Below, piece by piece: positions 9,759 through 17,873 of a DNA stretch of 64,000 nt. This DNA comes from a virus (taxonomy: Duplodnaviria; Heunggongvirae; Uroviricota; Caudoviricetes): positions 11,541 to 75,540 of IMG/VR virus record IMGVR_UViG_3300037423_000296. One strand, written 5' to 3'. Every line of letters begins with the position of its first letter. The first letter of the stretch is position 1. Both the position numbers and the translations under genes were made by a program. The notes beneath the pieces were generated by a model. The model saw nothing but the letters and a program-made list of their open reading frames with translations, was not told the DNA's origin and did not search any database.

Positions 9759-10018
9759 TCCTTACCACCTACTCACTCTCACTAGTGATTCCGTGAGCAA
9801 CGCATTTAGCTTGCGTCCGCTCTCCAATAAATCCCGTGCGAATGCTGCCAATCGCTTGGGGTCGGTTGTGTAAATCCCGAATTCGCTACCGATAAAAGTA
9901 GCGACTCTGATTGTGTCTGTGCGTCGATTCATTCCCTCACCCCTTTGTAAGTTCCCAGCATGAGCAACGCCATGGCAGCGCTAGGCCTGCCGTAAGGCCT
10001 AGCGTCACCAAAGGTCTC

Positions 10019-10321
10019 TCAGTCTGCCGCGTACCAACGTTCCGTCATCGGGTCCAAGACAGGCATGAGAGTGACTGTGTAGTCGTTAATGACTTCATCC
10101 GGCTCATTGCCTAGCACGAAGTAAACGAATCCTTCGTGGTCATCCTTACTGACGTAAAGGTGAGCCGAATCAAGCGCCATGATTGCAGCGATTGCCTCAC
10201 CCTCCTTTGTGACTGGGATGGACTCCTCACCATCCCAGACCGAATCAAGTTCCCACCCTGCCGCACGTAGTGCGCGGATGGTTTGGCGAATACCTGCTTT
10301 GTCGCTAGTCGGCGCTGCCAT
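10019..10321 (-). CDS. hypothetical protein (start at MAAPTSDK)
   Basis: ORF track trimmed. Confidence 0.4.
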   Translation of the reverse strand: MAAPTSDKAGIRQTIRALRAAGWELDSVWDGEESIPVTKEGEAIAAIMALDSAHLYVSKDDHEGFVYFVLGNEPDEVINDYTVTLMPVLDPMTERWYAAD

Positions 10322-10335
10322 GTCAGTAGTTCCAA

Positions 10336-10641
10336 TCAGTGAGTGACGATGAATCGGTAACCAGTGTGAATCACGCGGTAAGCCTTGAGCATGCCGAACC
10401 GACGAAATCGGTAGGCGGTTGACCATGAAAGGTGAGGCAGGGTGAATCTCACGCTATGACGTGTCCACCCTGCCGCATTGTCGTAAGGCCTATCCCATGC
10501 GACGAATGCACGCGGGTAGAACGTGCCTGCCTTTGCATTCATATCTAGGCCGAACGTCACCCGTCCGTACCCGCGAACTTTCGTCTCACAATCCACGATT
10601 AGCGCTTGTGAGAGTTTGGTGGGTTTGTTTCGACGTTGCAT
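10336..10641 (-). CDS. hypothetical protein (101 aa, C-terminal part of the longer R-rich ORF)
   Basis: ATG directly after stop of upstream gene. Confidence 0.4.
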   Translation of the reverse strand: MQRRNKPTKLSQALIVDCETKVRGYGRVTFGLDMNAKAGTFYPRAFVAWDRPYDNAAGWTRHSVRFTLPHLSWSTAYRFRRFGMLKAYRVIHTGYRFIVTH

Positions 10642-10642
10642 G

Positions 10643-11155
10643 TCAGTAACCCGCCATTTCCGCGTATTGGTCATAGACCGTGTTTCTCGGAGTCTCGCAT
10701 TCGTCAGTGCACATATAGATTTCTCTGTGCCTGTATCCCTCTTCCGTGGATTCCGACCATTCCGCTTTGTAGTCGAATTGCGAATACGGGTCACTCTGTA
10801 CCCGCATCGTTCCGTCAATCGCACAGGGTGAGGACAACCAATGCACGTGGAATGACCAAAATCCGAATGCGTCGATTTCTCCGGATTCGGCATCGATGAA
10901 ACGCTCATCGTCGCGACCCCAATAAATCCCGTGGTCACCGTGCCCACCATCACAGTCACGGGATGACTCTTCCCAGTGAATGTGAACGTTGGGGAATTGC
11001 TCGCGGTCAATCTGCAAAGCCTCTGCGTGCCGAATGTCCTCCAATGACTCAGGACCAATCGGGTGACGCCATGTCGGAATTTCGCACTCGCCATCCCAGT
11101 AGGCGAGTTCGTTCCCTGTGCTGGTCGGAGTGCAGTTTTCAAGCGTGTAACTCAT
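10643..11155 (-). CDS. hypothetical protein (171 aa, Cys/His-rich)
   Basis: ORF track trimmed to MSYTLENC; preceded by repeated upstream element A. Confidence 0.5.
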   Translation of the reverse strand: MSYTLENCTPTSTGNELAYWDGECEIPTWRHPIGPESLEDIRHAEALQIDREQFPNVHIHWEESSRDCDGGHGDHGIYWGRDDERFIDAESGEIDAFGFWSFHVHWLSSPCAIDGTMRVQSDPYSQFDYKAEWSESTEEGYRHREIYMCTDECETPRNTVYDQYAEMAGY

Positions 11156-11161
11156 GTCGGC

Positions 11162-11258
11162 ACCTTTCCTGTGTTGGCTGTATGCCGTTGTGCGTGTATC
11201 TGACACGCCATGGCTGAGACAGGGATTGCATGGTCCTGTCTCGCCAAAGTCAGTCAGC
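11162..11258 (-). promoter_or_regulatory. repeated upstream element copy A (cctttcctgtgttggctg ... hairpin gagacagg-N11-cctgtctc ... gtcagtcag)
   Basis: three-copy element with covarying stems. Confidence 0.55.
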
Positions 11259-11432
11259 CTGCCTTCACTCCGAGTCCGGGCGTCCACATACCCTCGCCCA
11301 CCTTGAATTTGAAGCCTGACGAATCGACACAGAGTCGAAATCGCCTGTCAAAGTTCCGAGCATTCGTCAGCGCTTCGAGCAATTGCGCTTGCTCGCGTTC
11401 TGACAATTCGATGATGTTCACTGCACAACCTT

Positions 11433-11738
11433 TCAGATTGTCGGAATGTCGTTAGGGTGCTGCCGTACCCATTCGGCGCAATAGGCAGTGTCCTCCATGC
11501 AATCGACCCATACCGCGTATACCGACCATGCGGATACATGCGGGTAGGCAGCCGCGATAGCGGCTAGGAACAAGGCCTGTGAAGCCTTGTATGTGTCTGT
11601 CCAGCATCCCGAAACGTCATTGCTGGGATGAGCCGAAACGATGTGGTGATGCCGCCTAGCCTCCTCCGCAATCTGCCGCGCCAAATCCTGCCGCGTGACT
11701 CCGAATGACTCCTCTGTCACTGTCTCGAAAACTGCCAT
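11433..11738 (-). CDS. hypothetical protein
   Basis: ORF track trimmed to MAVFETV. Confidence 0.5.
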   Translation of the reverse strand: MAVFETVTEESFGVTRQDLARQIAEEARRHHHIVSAHPSNDVSGCWTDTYKASQALFLAAIAAAYPHVSAWSVYAVWVDCMEDTAYCAEWVRQHPNDIPTI

Positions 11739-11745
11739 GGTGGCT

Positions 11746-11824
11746 TTCCCTTTCCTGTGTTGGCTGAGTTGCCATGGTTGCGGCAGGGAATGCATGTTCC
11801 TGCCGCACCAAAGTCAGTCAGTCA
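11746..11824 (-). promoter_or_regulatory. repeated upstream element copy B (hairpin gcggcagg-N11-cctgccgc)
   Basis: see copy A. Confidence 0.55.
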
Positions 11825-12066
11825 AGGACTCCCCTGCTCCGAAGTTCCGCCACTACGTCATCACGCCGTGCGCGTTGACGCGAGGTGTGCGACTCACCGC
11901 GAGCGCATGACATCTTGTATTCGACAAACTCTCGGACTAATTCCGGAGTCGTCATGACTTGGGGGTCCGCTCCAAGAATGTCTCCGAGCAATGTCCGCAT
12001 CATTCGCATGGTCTCAATTCCTAACGAATCGGAGGGATGGGCTTTCAGTGAGTAGAGCAACCGCAT
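11818..12066 (-). CDS. hypothetical protein
   Basis: ORF track. Confidence 0.4.
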   Translation of the reverse strand: MRLLYSLKAHPSDSLGIETMRMMRTLLGDILGADPQVMTTPELVREFVEYKMSCARGESHTSRQRARRDDVVAELRSRGVLD

Positions 12067-12232
12067 TCGAATAGGGAACGTTTATCCCTACCCGTTCCCA
12101 ATGCGTACCGTTCACGCTGTATGCCGAATAGGTCGCATAAGCGTTGAAACGGTCTGTGAGCTTCAAGCCTGACAAGGCGAGTTGAGTGTCAGTCATGACA
12201 ACCGGTCTCCTACGTAATCGCCCTCGCCCCAA
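12014..12232 (-). CDS. hypothetical protein
   Basis: ORF track; overlaps neighbour. Confidence 0.3.
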   Translation of the reverse strand: MGRGRLRRRPVVMTDTQLALSGLKLTDRFNAYATYSAYSVNGTHWERVGINVPYSNAVALLTESPSLRFVRN

Positions 12233-12399
12233 ACGACACTGTTGTAACCGGGGCCGTATTCCACGTTCACCCGAAGCGCATTCACCCGCACTCCGTAACC
12301 CTCCAAAAGCAGGGTTAGCGCGAGGGAAGTAGCCTCCTCAGCATTCGGCGCTGTAATGCCTCCGCTGAAACCGTCAATCGTAATGTGCATTTCCTGCAT
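12193..12399 (-). CDS. hypothetical protein
   Basis: ORF track trimmed to MQEMHITIDG. Confidence 0.45.
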   Translation of the reverse strand: MQEMHITIDGFSGGITAPNAEEATSLALTLLLEGYGVRVNALRVNVEYGPGYNSVVWGEGDYVGDRLS

Positions 12400-12478
12400 T
12401 CCTTTCCTGTGTTGGCTGAAATGCCATTCGGGCTGACAGCGCATGTCTGTCAGCCCTAGATGACGTGTCAGTCAGTGA
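12398..12478 (-). promoter_or_regulatory. repeated upstream element copy C (hairpin ggctgacag-N7-ctgtcagcc)
   Basis: see copy A. Confidence 0.55.
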
Positions 12479-12743
12479 CCCGCTCCGCATAGGCCAAATC
12501 CTCGCGGTACTGCAAAGCCCATTGGTCACCCGCTGCCTTAACGAACGGATGGAAGTAGGTAGACACGTTGTCATCCGCTGCCACACATCCAACGTTCCAA
12601 CCAACCGTGACCCCATCCGCTTTGAAGCTGAAAGGCTCAGCCACTACGCGGAACAACGTTCCACCTTCGTTCACTACGTCACCCGGTTTCAATTCCGAGT
12701 AGTGCACTCTGTGTGTCGTCATTGCATGTCCTCTCACAGGCAA
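12468..12743 (-). CDS. hypothetical protein
   Basis: ORF track. Confidence 0.5.
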   Translation of the reverse strand: MPVRGHAMTTHRVHYSELKPGDVVNEGGTLFRVVAEPFSFKADGVTVGWNVGCVAADDNVSTYFHPFVKAAGDQWALQYREDLAYAERVTD

Positions 12744-13559
12744 GGCCTACAGACTGTCTGTCTGCCTTGTGAGTGCTAGGCATGCGTCGGAGTCCGCTTG
12801 TTTCGAGTGACTGTCTCCGAGTAGTCACTCACCCTTACCTGTGCCCACATCATCGCGTCGGTGTCTTGCATCCGCGCTAGCGCCATGTCCTAAGGGAACC
12901 TGCCGTGAATAGCATTCCGACCTTGCACGTCAGCCGGAGTATTCCAACGGGCCTTGAGATTCAGTTGTCCTGCTTACCCTGTGCGGGTTGTCCTGCTCTC
13001 CGCGCTTCCCTCGCGTGCCCGATGGGCTGACTTGCGAGTGCCTGTGCTCCGAGCGGAGCGGCTGGCGGGGTGTTTCGGTGTTGCAATGAGGACACTACGT
13101 AGGCCGTAGAGACGCACAAAGTCGTCAAGGCCCATATCCCATCATCGTTATCATTCCGTTATCAAAAACTACGCTCTGTGCATGAAATTAGCGCTCGCTA
13201 TCTACGCAGAGTGAGATTGAGCGTAGACAGTGTGTCAGTCTGTGAGACGGATTGTCTCAGCATTCGAGAAATAACCGACAATGATGTTCAATAAGGCCGA
13301 TTCCGAGCCTGTGCCTATGCAGTGTTTATCTATATGCGCTCCGCACAGGCCTGCCGTGAGCCTGTGAGCCTGCCTAGTGACTGTGCGCCTGTCTCAGCCG
13401 CAGACACTGCCGGTAGGCCTGTCGGCATGCGCTCCGAGACTGCCTGTCAGGTGACTTCGGAGGGTGCCTGTCTGTTGCTACAGGCAACATAGTTACTCAG
13501 AGTGAAAATCGCCTGTAATCGACGTTTAGCCTTCGGTAGGTATGTGACCCTAGCTAGGC

Positions 13560-13990
13560 ACTCTCAATCGCTTAGCAAGCGCTTTCCGAGATAACGCTTT
13601 CCGTAAACAACCTTTCCGATTGAAGCGGTTGTTTGAATCTTGAGCGCAGCACATTCGAACAAATGTTCGTTCGAACAGATTTTCGAAAATTCTCAATTAG
13701 TAAAGGTCCGTTCGTTTAGTAAGTCTGAGGTTACTTAGTAAAGGTTCGTTATTAATCCCGGCGGAATTAGTAAAGAAGCCTTCTTATCTATTCGAACAAG
13801 CGTTCGATTTGGTAAGCGCTTTCCCGGTAAACGCTTTCCGACAACGATTTTCATTCCCAACTGTGGGGGCCGGGGGCCATTTACGAATGGGGCTTACGAA
13901 AGCGGGAGTTTTACGACCGGGACTTTTAAAAGCGGGAGTTACGAATTACGAATTGATTTACAAAAGAGGAAAACCCCGGCTCTTTGCCGG
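13560..13990. repeat. repeat-dense non-coding hub: CGCTTTCCG x4, TTAGTAAAGGTyCGTT x2-3, CGAACA-NN-YGTTCG palindromes x2, TTACGAA x4, AGCGGGAGTT x2
   Basis: direct reading; no ORF >=60 aa from 12780 to 13809. Confidence 0.7.
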
Positions 13991-13998
13991 GGTCTCTC

Positions 13999-14190
13999 TT
14001 AGTATCTGGGAGTCACTGATTTGATTGCACCATCTCCAGCGCCGTGATTTCCGTCAGTCAGTTGCTCAAGAGTTTGCAGCAACGTTTCACGAACGTCATC
14101 CTTGACTGCCTGAGCAGTGTTGTCGATGCCGTAACAAGAAGCCCATTCGTCCTTGTCAACCTCTACAGTGACACTGAAGATTACCTTCAT
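13999..14190 (-). CDS. hypothetical protein
   Basis: ORF track. Confidence 0.45.
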   Translation of the reverse strand: MKVIFSVTVEVDKDEWASCYGIDNTAQAVKDDVRETLLQTLEQLTDGNHGAGDGAIKSVTPRY

Positions 14191-14194
14191 TTGT

Positions 14195-14334
14195 CAGTCC
14201 TCCGAGTTACGAGTCTGGACACGAACCTCAAAGCCGCCGACATAAGTGCCAGTGTTCAGGCCTTGAGTCACCTTCCGCGCTCCGAGACGAGTGTACGTCT
14301 TACGAGCCTGCGGACGACGAACGCGCTTACCCAT
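14195..14334 (-). CDS. small basic protein (46 aa)
   Basis: manual ORF MGKRVRRPQARK.. Confidence 0.3.
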
Positions 14335-14399
14335 AGCTTACTCCTTAATACGAACTTCCAGTTGAAAATCCGGGGTTTTCCCGGCTGCTTGTGAGTACT

Positions 14400-14428
14400 A
14401 CTCTAGTGCGTGAGAGTCAGCCTGTCAA
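14400..14428 (-). promoter_or_regulatory. promoter TTGACA-N17-TAGAGT
   Basis: consensus match on minus strand. Confidence 0.55.
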
Positions 14429-14634
14429 GTCCTGATTAGATGACTTCCAGTCTTGTCTAGGTGCTTCTGGTTGATGGTCCATACGAACATGTCATAGTCA
14501 ACGTTGACAGTCACGGGCTCTTGCCTGTCCCTGAGATATACGCGGGTTGTCCCATGAGGGTCTAGCTCGTCTTCCTCAGCAAATACAATGTCGTCTGTCT
14601 CAATGAATTGAGACTTGGTTACTTGTACCTTCAT
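14425..14634 (-). CDS. hypothetical protein
   Basis: ORF track. Confidence 0.45.
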   Translation of the reverse strand: MKVQVTKSQFIETDDIVFAEEDELDPHGTTRVYLRDRQEPVTVNVDYDMFVWTINQKHLDKTGSHLIRT

Positions 14635-14887
14635 CGGCGGTCCTTGTGCTGAGCCGTGCTAATCCAGTTGAGAGAATGACGCCTGATGCTATTACCCAAT
14701 CCCTCTTCTCGGAGGGTACTCATGAGTGGCAAGAGTCCCAAGATTGAGAGTGTGGACGACCCAACGCCTCCACGCAGGAGAACACCTAGGCCTTCAGCCT
14801 CCTCGCGGGAAAGCTCCAGTGTGTAACCGCCCTTTTCGACAACGACTACCTCAGTAACGTCTTCTCGCTTTGTCAGTGTTGCCATAT
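14631..14887 (-). CDS. hypothetical protein (start at MATLTKRE)
   Basis: ORF track; longer ATG at 14909 lies inside iteron array. Confidence 0.45.
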
Positions 14888-14891
14888 TTGT

Positions 14892-14966
14892 GACCGAAAA
14901 TCCTTTCAATTATGAATGCCGACCGAAAATCTGACCGAAAATCGACCGAAATCTTGACCGAAAATC
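14892..14966. repeat. iteron-like array: 5 direct copies of GACCGAAA(A)TC, last four at about 11-12 bp spacing
   Basis: copies at 14892, 14921, 14933, 14944, 14956. Confidence 0.8.
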
Positions 14967-14984
14967 CATTTGAAATCAGATTTC

Positions 14985-15344
14985 TCACTCAATTTCAAAT
15001 TTGAGACGCTTGAGAATTTCTGAATTCCAACCCGCCGTGTATTCGTGCGTGGTGACATCGTGAGTGTTGTTATTGAAAAGGACGTGCCCCCAACCATGAA
15101 TGAATTCATCCCATCGGACCATGTACCCACATTCATCACACCAAGGCTTACGACCGTTATCTAGGTACTTTTGGTATGCCTGGTCAACATAAGGCTTACG
15201 TTCGTCCAGCAAGAGCCGGTGAATCGTCTGCCGAGTCTCCCACACCTTTTCGTCAGCGTAGAGATTGCCAGTGTGTGGACTGGGTAGATTCTCTACCTCG
15301 TTGATGAGCTTGTTTAGCAGGTTGATTGCTTCCCAGTCCTTCAC
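14985..15344 (-). CDS. hypothetical protein
   Basis: ORF track. Confidence 0.5.
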   Translation of the reverse strand: MKDWEAINLLNKLINEVENLPSPHTGNLYADEKVWETRQTIHRLLLDERKPYVDQAYQKYLDNGRKPWCDECGYMVRWDEFIHGWGHVLFNNNTHDVTTHEYTAGWNSEILKRLKFEIE

Positions 15345-15502
15345 TTGGCTTCCACCATCTCAATCTGGAAATTGTCAATGGTGAACAACTGAATAACCGG
15401 GTTGTTTCCGTCGAAGGTAATCTCCACACGCTCACCAGACGGCAAGTCAACAATTACCTTGTCGTCCTCATCGTTGATACAGCGCCGGTCGATGTTCCAC
15501 AT

Positions 15503-15700
15503 TTAGACTCCTACGAGTTGACGAGCTTCACGCTCTAGCTTCTCTACCTTTAGGGACAATGCTAGGTTCTCCTGCCGTAGCCTGTCAAGCTCAGCGAGGA
15601 CGGCAATGTGGTGCGAATCGTGCCGGGTTGTGTTGCGAACATCAACGCCACATTCGGCGCACATCTTTGCCTCTCCTACGCCAATGTAGGTAGGCTTCAT
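15503..15700 (-). CDS. hypothetical protein (CxxC, possible Zn-binding)
   Basis: ORF track. Confidence 0.4.
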   Translation of the reverse strand: MKPTYIGVGEAKMCAECGVDVRNTTRHDSHHIAVLAELDRLRQENLALSLKVEKLEREARQLVGV

Positions 15701-15909
15701 TTATACTTCACCTCTTTGTATGAAAATGGTTCGGGAACCCAGCGGACTCCCTGAATTGCATATCTAGTGTTAGGCTTGCCGTGCTGTCTAATCCAAGCTT
15801 CGGCTTCCCATTCGGTCAGGTGGTCAAGGAATACCTTAGACCAGAATGGAGTGTCAGCATTGGTCACGTATTCCCATACATGCCAGTAGCGATGAGGGTA
15901 ATTCTCCAT
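15697..15909 (-). CDS. hypothetical protein
   Basis: ORF track. Confidence 0.45.
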   Translation of the reverse strand: MENYPHRYWHVWEYVTNADTPFWSKVFLDHLTEWEAEAWIRQHGKPNTRYAIQGVRWVPEPFSYKEVKYK

Positions 15910-15911
15910 CC

Positions 15912-16136
15912 TTACTCCTTGGCCGATGGTTCGGGGTTGAGGAATAGGTCAAGATAGTCAGCAGCTTGTTCGGTGTTGCCGAGAGCCCGAATGACAACCC
16001 CGCGCTCGTGGAGAGCATCAAGCGACGGAGCAATCTCAGCCTTGAGACTGTCATCCACCTCACCAAGAAGCTTGACAGCCTTGTCAAGGGCAGCTTTTGC
16101 TCGCTCAACCTTCTGCCGGTCTGACTTCTTCATCAT
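15912..16136 (-). CDS. hypothetical protein
   Basis: ORF track. Confidence 0.45.
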   Translation of the reverse strand: MMKKSDRQKVERAKAALDKAVKLLGEVDDSLKAEIAPSLDALHERGVVIRALGNTEQAADYLDLFLNPEPSAKE

Positions 16137-16324
16137 TCCTCCGGTGGATTTCTCTCGATGTATGTTTGGATTGTCGTATAGCCACCGAGAGCACTTCTCT
16201 TTGCGAAGAATTCCATCATCCGCATGTATTCTTCGGCACCCTCAATTGGCTCTTCCATGTCCCATTCAAGGAGCATGCGCATTCGCACTCTAGCCATTAC
16301 TCTTCCGGCTTCTCGCCGGTCCAC
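16133..16324 (-). CDS. hypothetical protein
   Basis: ORF track. Confidence 0.4.
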   Translation of the reverse strand: MDRREAGRVMARVRMRMLLEWDMEEPIEGAEEYMRMMEFFAKRSALGGYTTIQTYIERNPPEE

Positions 16325-16593
16325 AATTCGTGGGCCGAAATGGTAGAAGCCTGCGGAGTCTGCCTCTGCATTGCCTCAGCTTCAATTGCCTGAGCCGCCG
16401 ATGCAAGCCCGTTGACGAATACGAATGCCTCACGCAGCGAGCGCAATTCCAAGTCCGCTCCGCTAGCCAGGTGGACAATGTATCGGTCTCCCGGCTTACG
16501 CGGGTCAAGAATCCACGAGCCAATCCGGCGCTTGTCAGCGTGCATCGTGAGAGCCCGCTCGACGGATTCCTTGCTGTAACCCTTGCCTGCCAT
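16297..16593 (-). CDS. hypothetical protein
   Basis: ORF track; RBS and promoter upstream. Confidence 0.5.
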   Translation of the reverse strand: MAGKGYSKESVERALTMHADKRRIGSWILDPRKPGDRYIVHLASGADLELRSLREAFVFVNGLASAAQAIEAEAMQRQTPQASTISAHELWTGEKPEE

Positions 16594-16628
16594 GATGTCT
16601 CCCTACCTAGTGTTCCGTTGATGTATCT

Positions 16629-16657
16629 AGACTAACAGAGTCTAGCTTGAGAGTCAA
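16629..16657 (-). promoter_or_regulatory. promoter TTGACT-N17-TAGTCT
   Basis: consensus match. Confidence 0.55.
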
Positions 16658-16828
16658 TCGTTGTCGTACGGACCAAAAGTGCGGGTGACATCGAAGGTGA
16701 AAATCCGACCTTCCTCATCCTCAACGTGAACAACGGTAGGATGAAAGGCGTCAACCCGGCAGTTGAGATTCGGGTCGTCCTCATTGAGCAGTCGGACAAT
16801 CTTGGTGGCGAGCTTGATTCTGGTCATT
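16655..16828 (-). CDS. small hypothetical protein (57 aa)
   Basis: manual ORF MTRIKLATKIV.., GGGAG RBS. Confidence 0.4.
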
Positions 16829-16839
16829 GTAACTCCCTG

Positions 16840-17130
16840 TTATCGCGGGTCTTTGTGGTATTTGTAATAGAAAGCCAGGTTCGAACGAAACCGCTCTTTG
16901 TACGAGCCGATAGCTCTCTCTAGTTCGTTCTCTGGCCCGTCAGGCAATGCCTCATCCAGCTTATTGACAATGTTTGCCATGATGGCAACTGCTTCGGCTA
17001 GGTCGGAATTCGCAACCTGCCAAGCTTTTCCCTGCTCTATTGCGTAGTCCACCTCCCAGTGAAGTCGGTTCAATGCCGAACGTGCATCGCGTGCACGGAT
17101 ATCAACTCCTACGAATTGCATCTTCGGCAT
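16840..17130 (-). CDS. hypothetical protein
   Basis: ORF track. Confidence 0.5.
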   Translation of the reverse strand: MPKMQFVGVDIRARDARSALNRLHWEVDYAIEQGKAWQVANSDLAEAVAIMANIVNKLDEALPDGPENELERAIGSYKERFRSNLAFYYKYHKDPR

Positions 17131-17143
17131 TGTGACTCCTCAG

Positions 17144-17167
17144 CTAGGGTGTATAGGTACACCCTAG
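17144..17167. repeat. perfect 10-bp hairpin ctagggtgta-tagg-tacaccctag
   Basis: read in sequence, intergenic. Confidence 0.5.
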
Positions 17168-17185
17168 CCAAGAGAGCCGGGATTG

Positions 17186-17629
17186 TCAATAGGCGGCAAC
17201 CCACCGGATTAGAAAGCGAGGGTCGAAAGAGCGAGAGCACTTGCCACAAGCCCTATTGCCACTAGGCTTACGGTGCCGCTTGATGATGTGACCATTCGGA
17301 CAAAGCCCGTGCCACTTGTAAGACACCTCTACCTTGTCAGCGCTGCAACGCTTGCCGTCACAGCCAATTGAGAGAGCCTTTCGACGCCATACCGCATCGT
17401 GGCCGTGGGAAGCTCCTACAAGCGCGTGAGCGATTTCGTGGAGCATGGTGTTTCGTACTGCCTCTTCGGTACGCTGCACCGTGAGAACCCGGCTCAGAGA
17501 GATAAGCCTGTCAGAGTGGCGGCAGCGTCCAAACCGGCTTTTGGCGTTGTCCCACTCGAATCTCCAGCCGGTCAAGCCGTGTGCGGCCATCAGCAGTTTG
17601 GCCTGTCGCTCAGCTTGGAAAAGGTCCAT
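17186..17629 (-). CDS. SprT-like zinc metalloprotease
   Basis: HEIAHAL (HExxH) followed by Cys-rich zinc ribbon (CPNGH..CGKC). Confidence 0.75.
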   Translation of the reverse strand: MDLFQAERQAKLLMAAHGLTGWRFEWDNAKSRFGRCRHSDRLISLSRVLTVQRTEEAVRNTMLHEIAHALVGASHGHDAVWRRKALSIGCDGKRCSADKVEVSYKWHGLCPNGHIIKRHRKPSGNRACGKCSRSFDPRFLIRWVAAY

Positions 17630-17696
17630 CGTCTTGCCCTTTCGGTCGATTTGCTTGGTGTAAGCTTACCAGCCTAGAGAGTGTGGGTCAAGCCCT

Positions 17697-17873
17697 AATT
17701 TGTGCGGGTACTGGGATTCGAACCCAGATATCAGTACGCTCGACATTGCTAGCATTTAGTCGAGACTAGACTGAGACTGTGCACCATCTCTGCCTAGAGA
17801 ACCATACTGCATTCGACGGAATTGCTCCCTTAGCCTTGCTCTTCACAAGCGGCTTTACCATTTGCCTATACCC
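17697..17873 (-). ncRNA. tRNA-like element (7-bp acceptor GCGGGUA/UACCCGC, D-arm, T-arm CUGGG-UUCGAAU-CCCAG) with about 100-nt insertion; identity unresolved
   Basis: manual folding; perfect acceptor pairing 177 nt apart. Confidence 0.35.

Noticed and set aside
10336-11142. 268-aa Arg-rich ORF
   Set aside because: It overlaps in another frame with the more protein-like ORF 10643..11287 and has extreme R/T/S composition. Only its C-terminal 101 aa (10336..10641), starting right after the neighbour's stop, was retained.
11162-12478. Integron attC-like cassette boundaries
   Set aside because: The three-copy element has hairpins but lacks the symmetric R''/L'' and L'/R' core sites (GTTRRRY / RYYYAAC), and there is no intI nearby.
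17697-17873. tmRNA
   Set aside because: The 5' end does not start with GGGG. No tag-peptide reading frame ending in a hydrophobic-AA-stop could be found. 177 nt is far shorter than typical tmRNA. It is kept only as an unresolved tRNA-like element.
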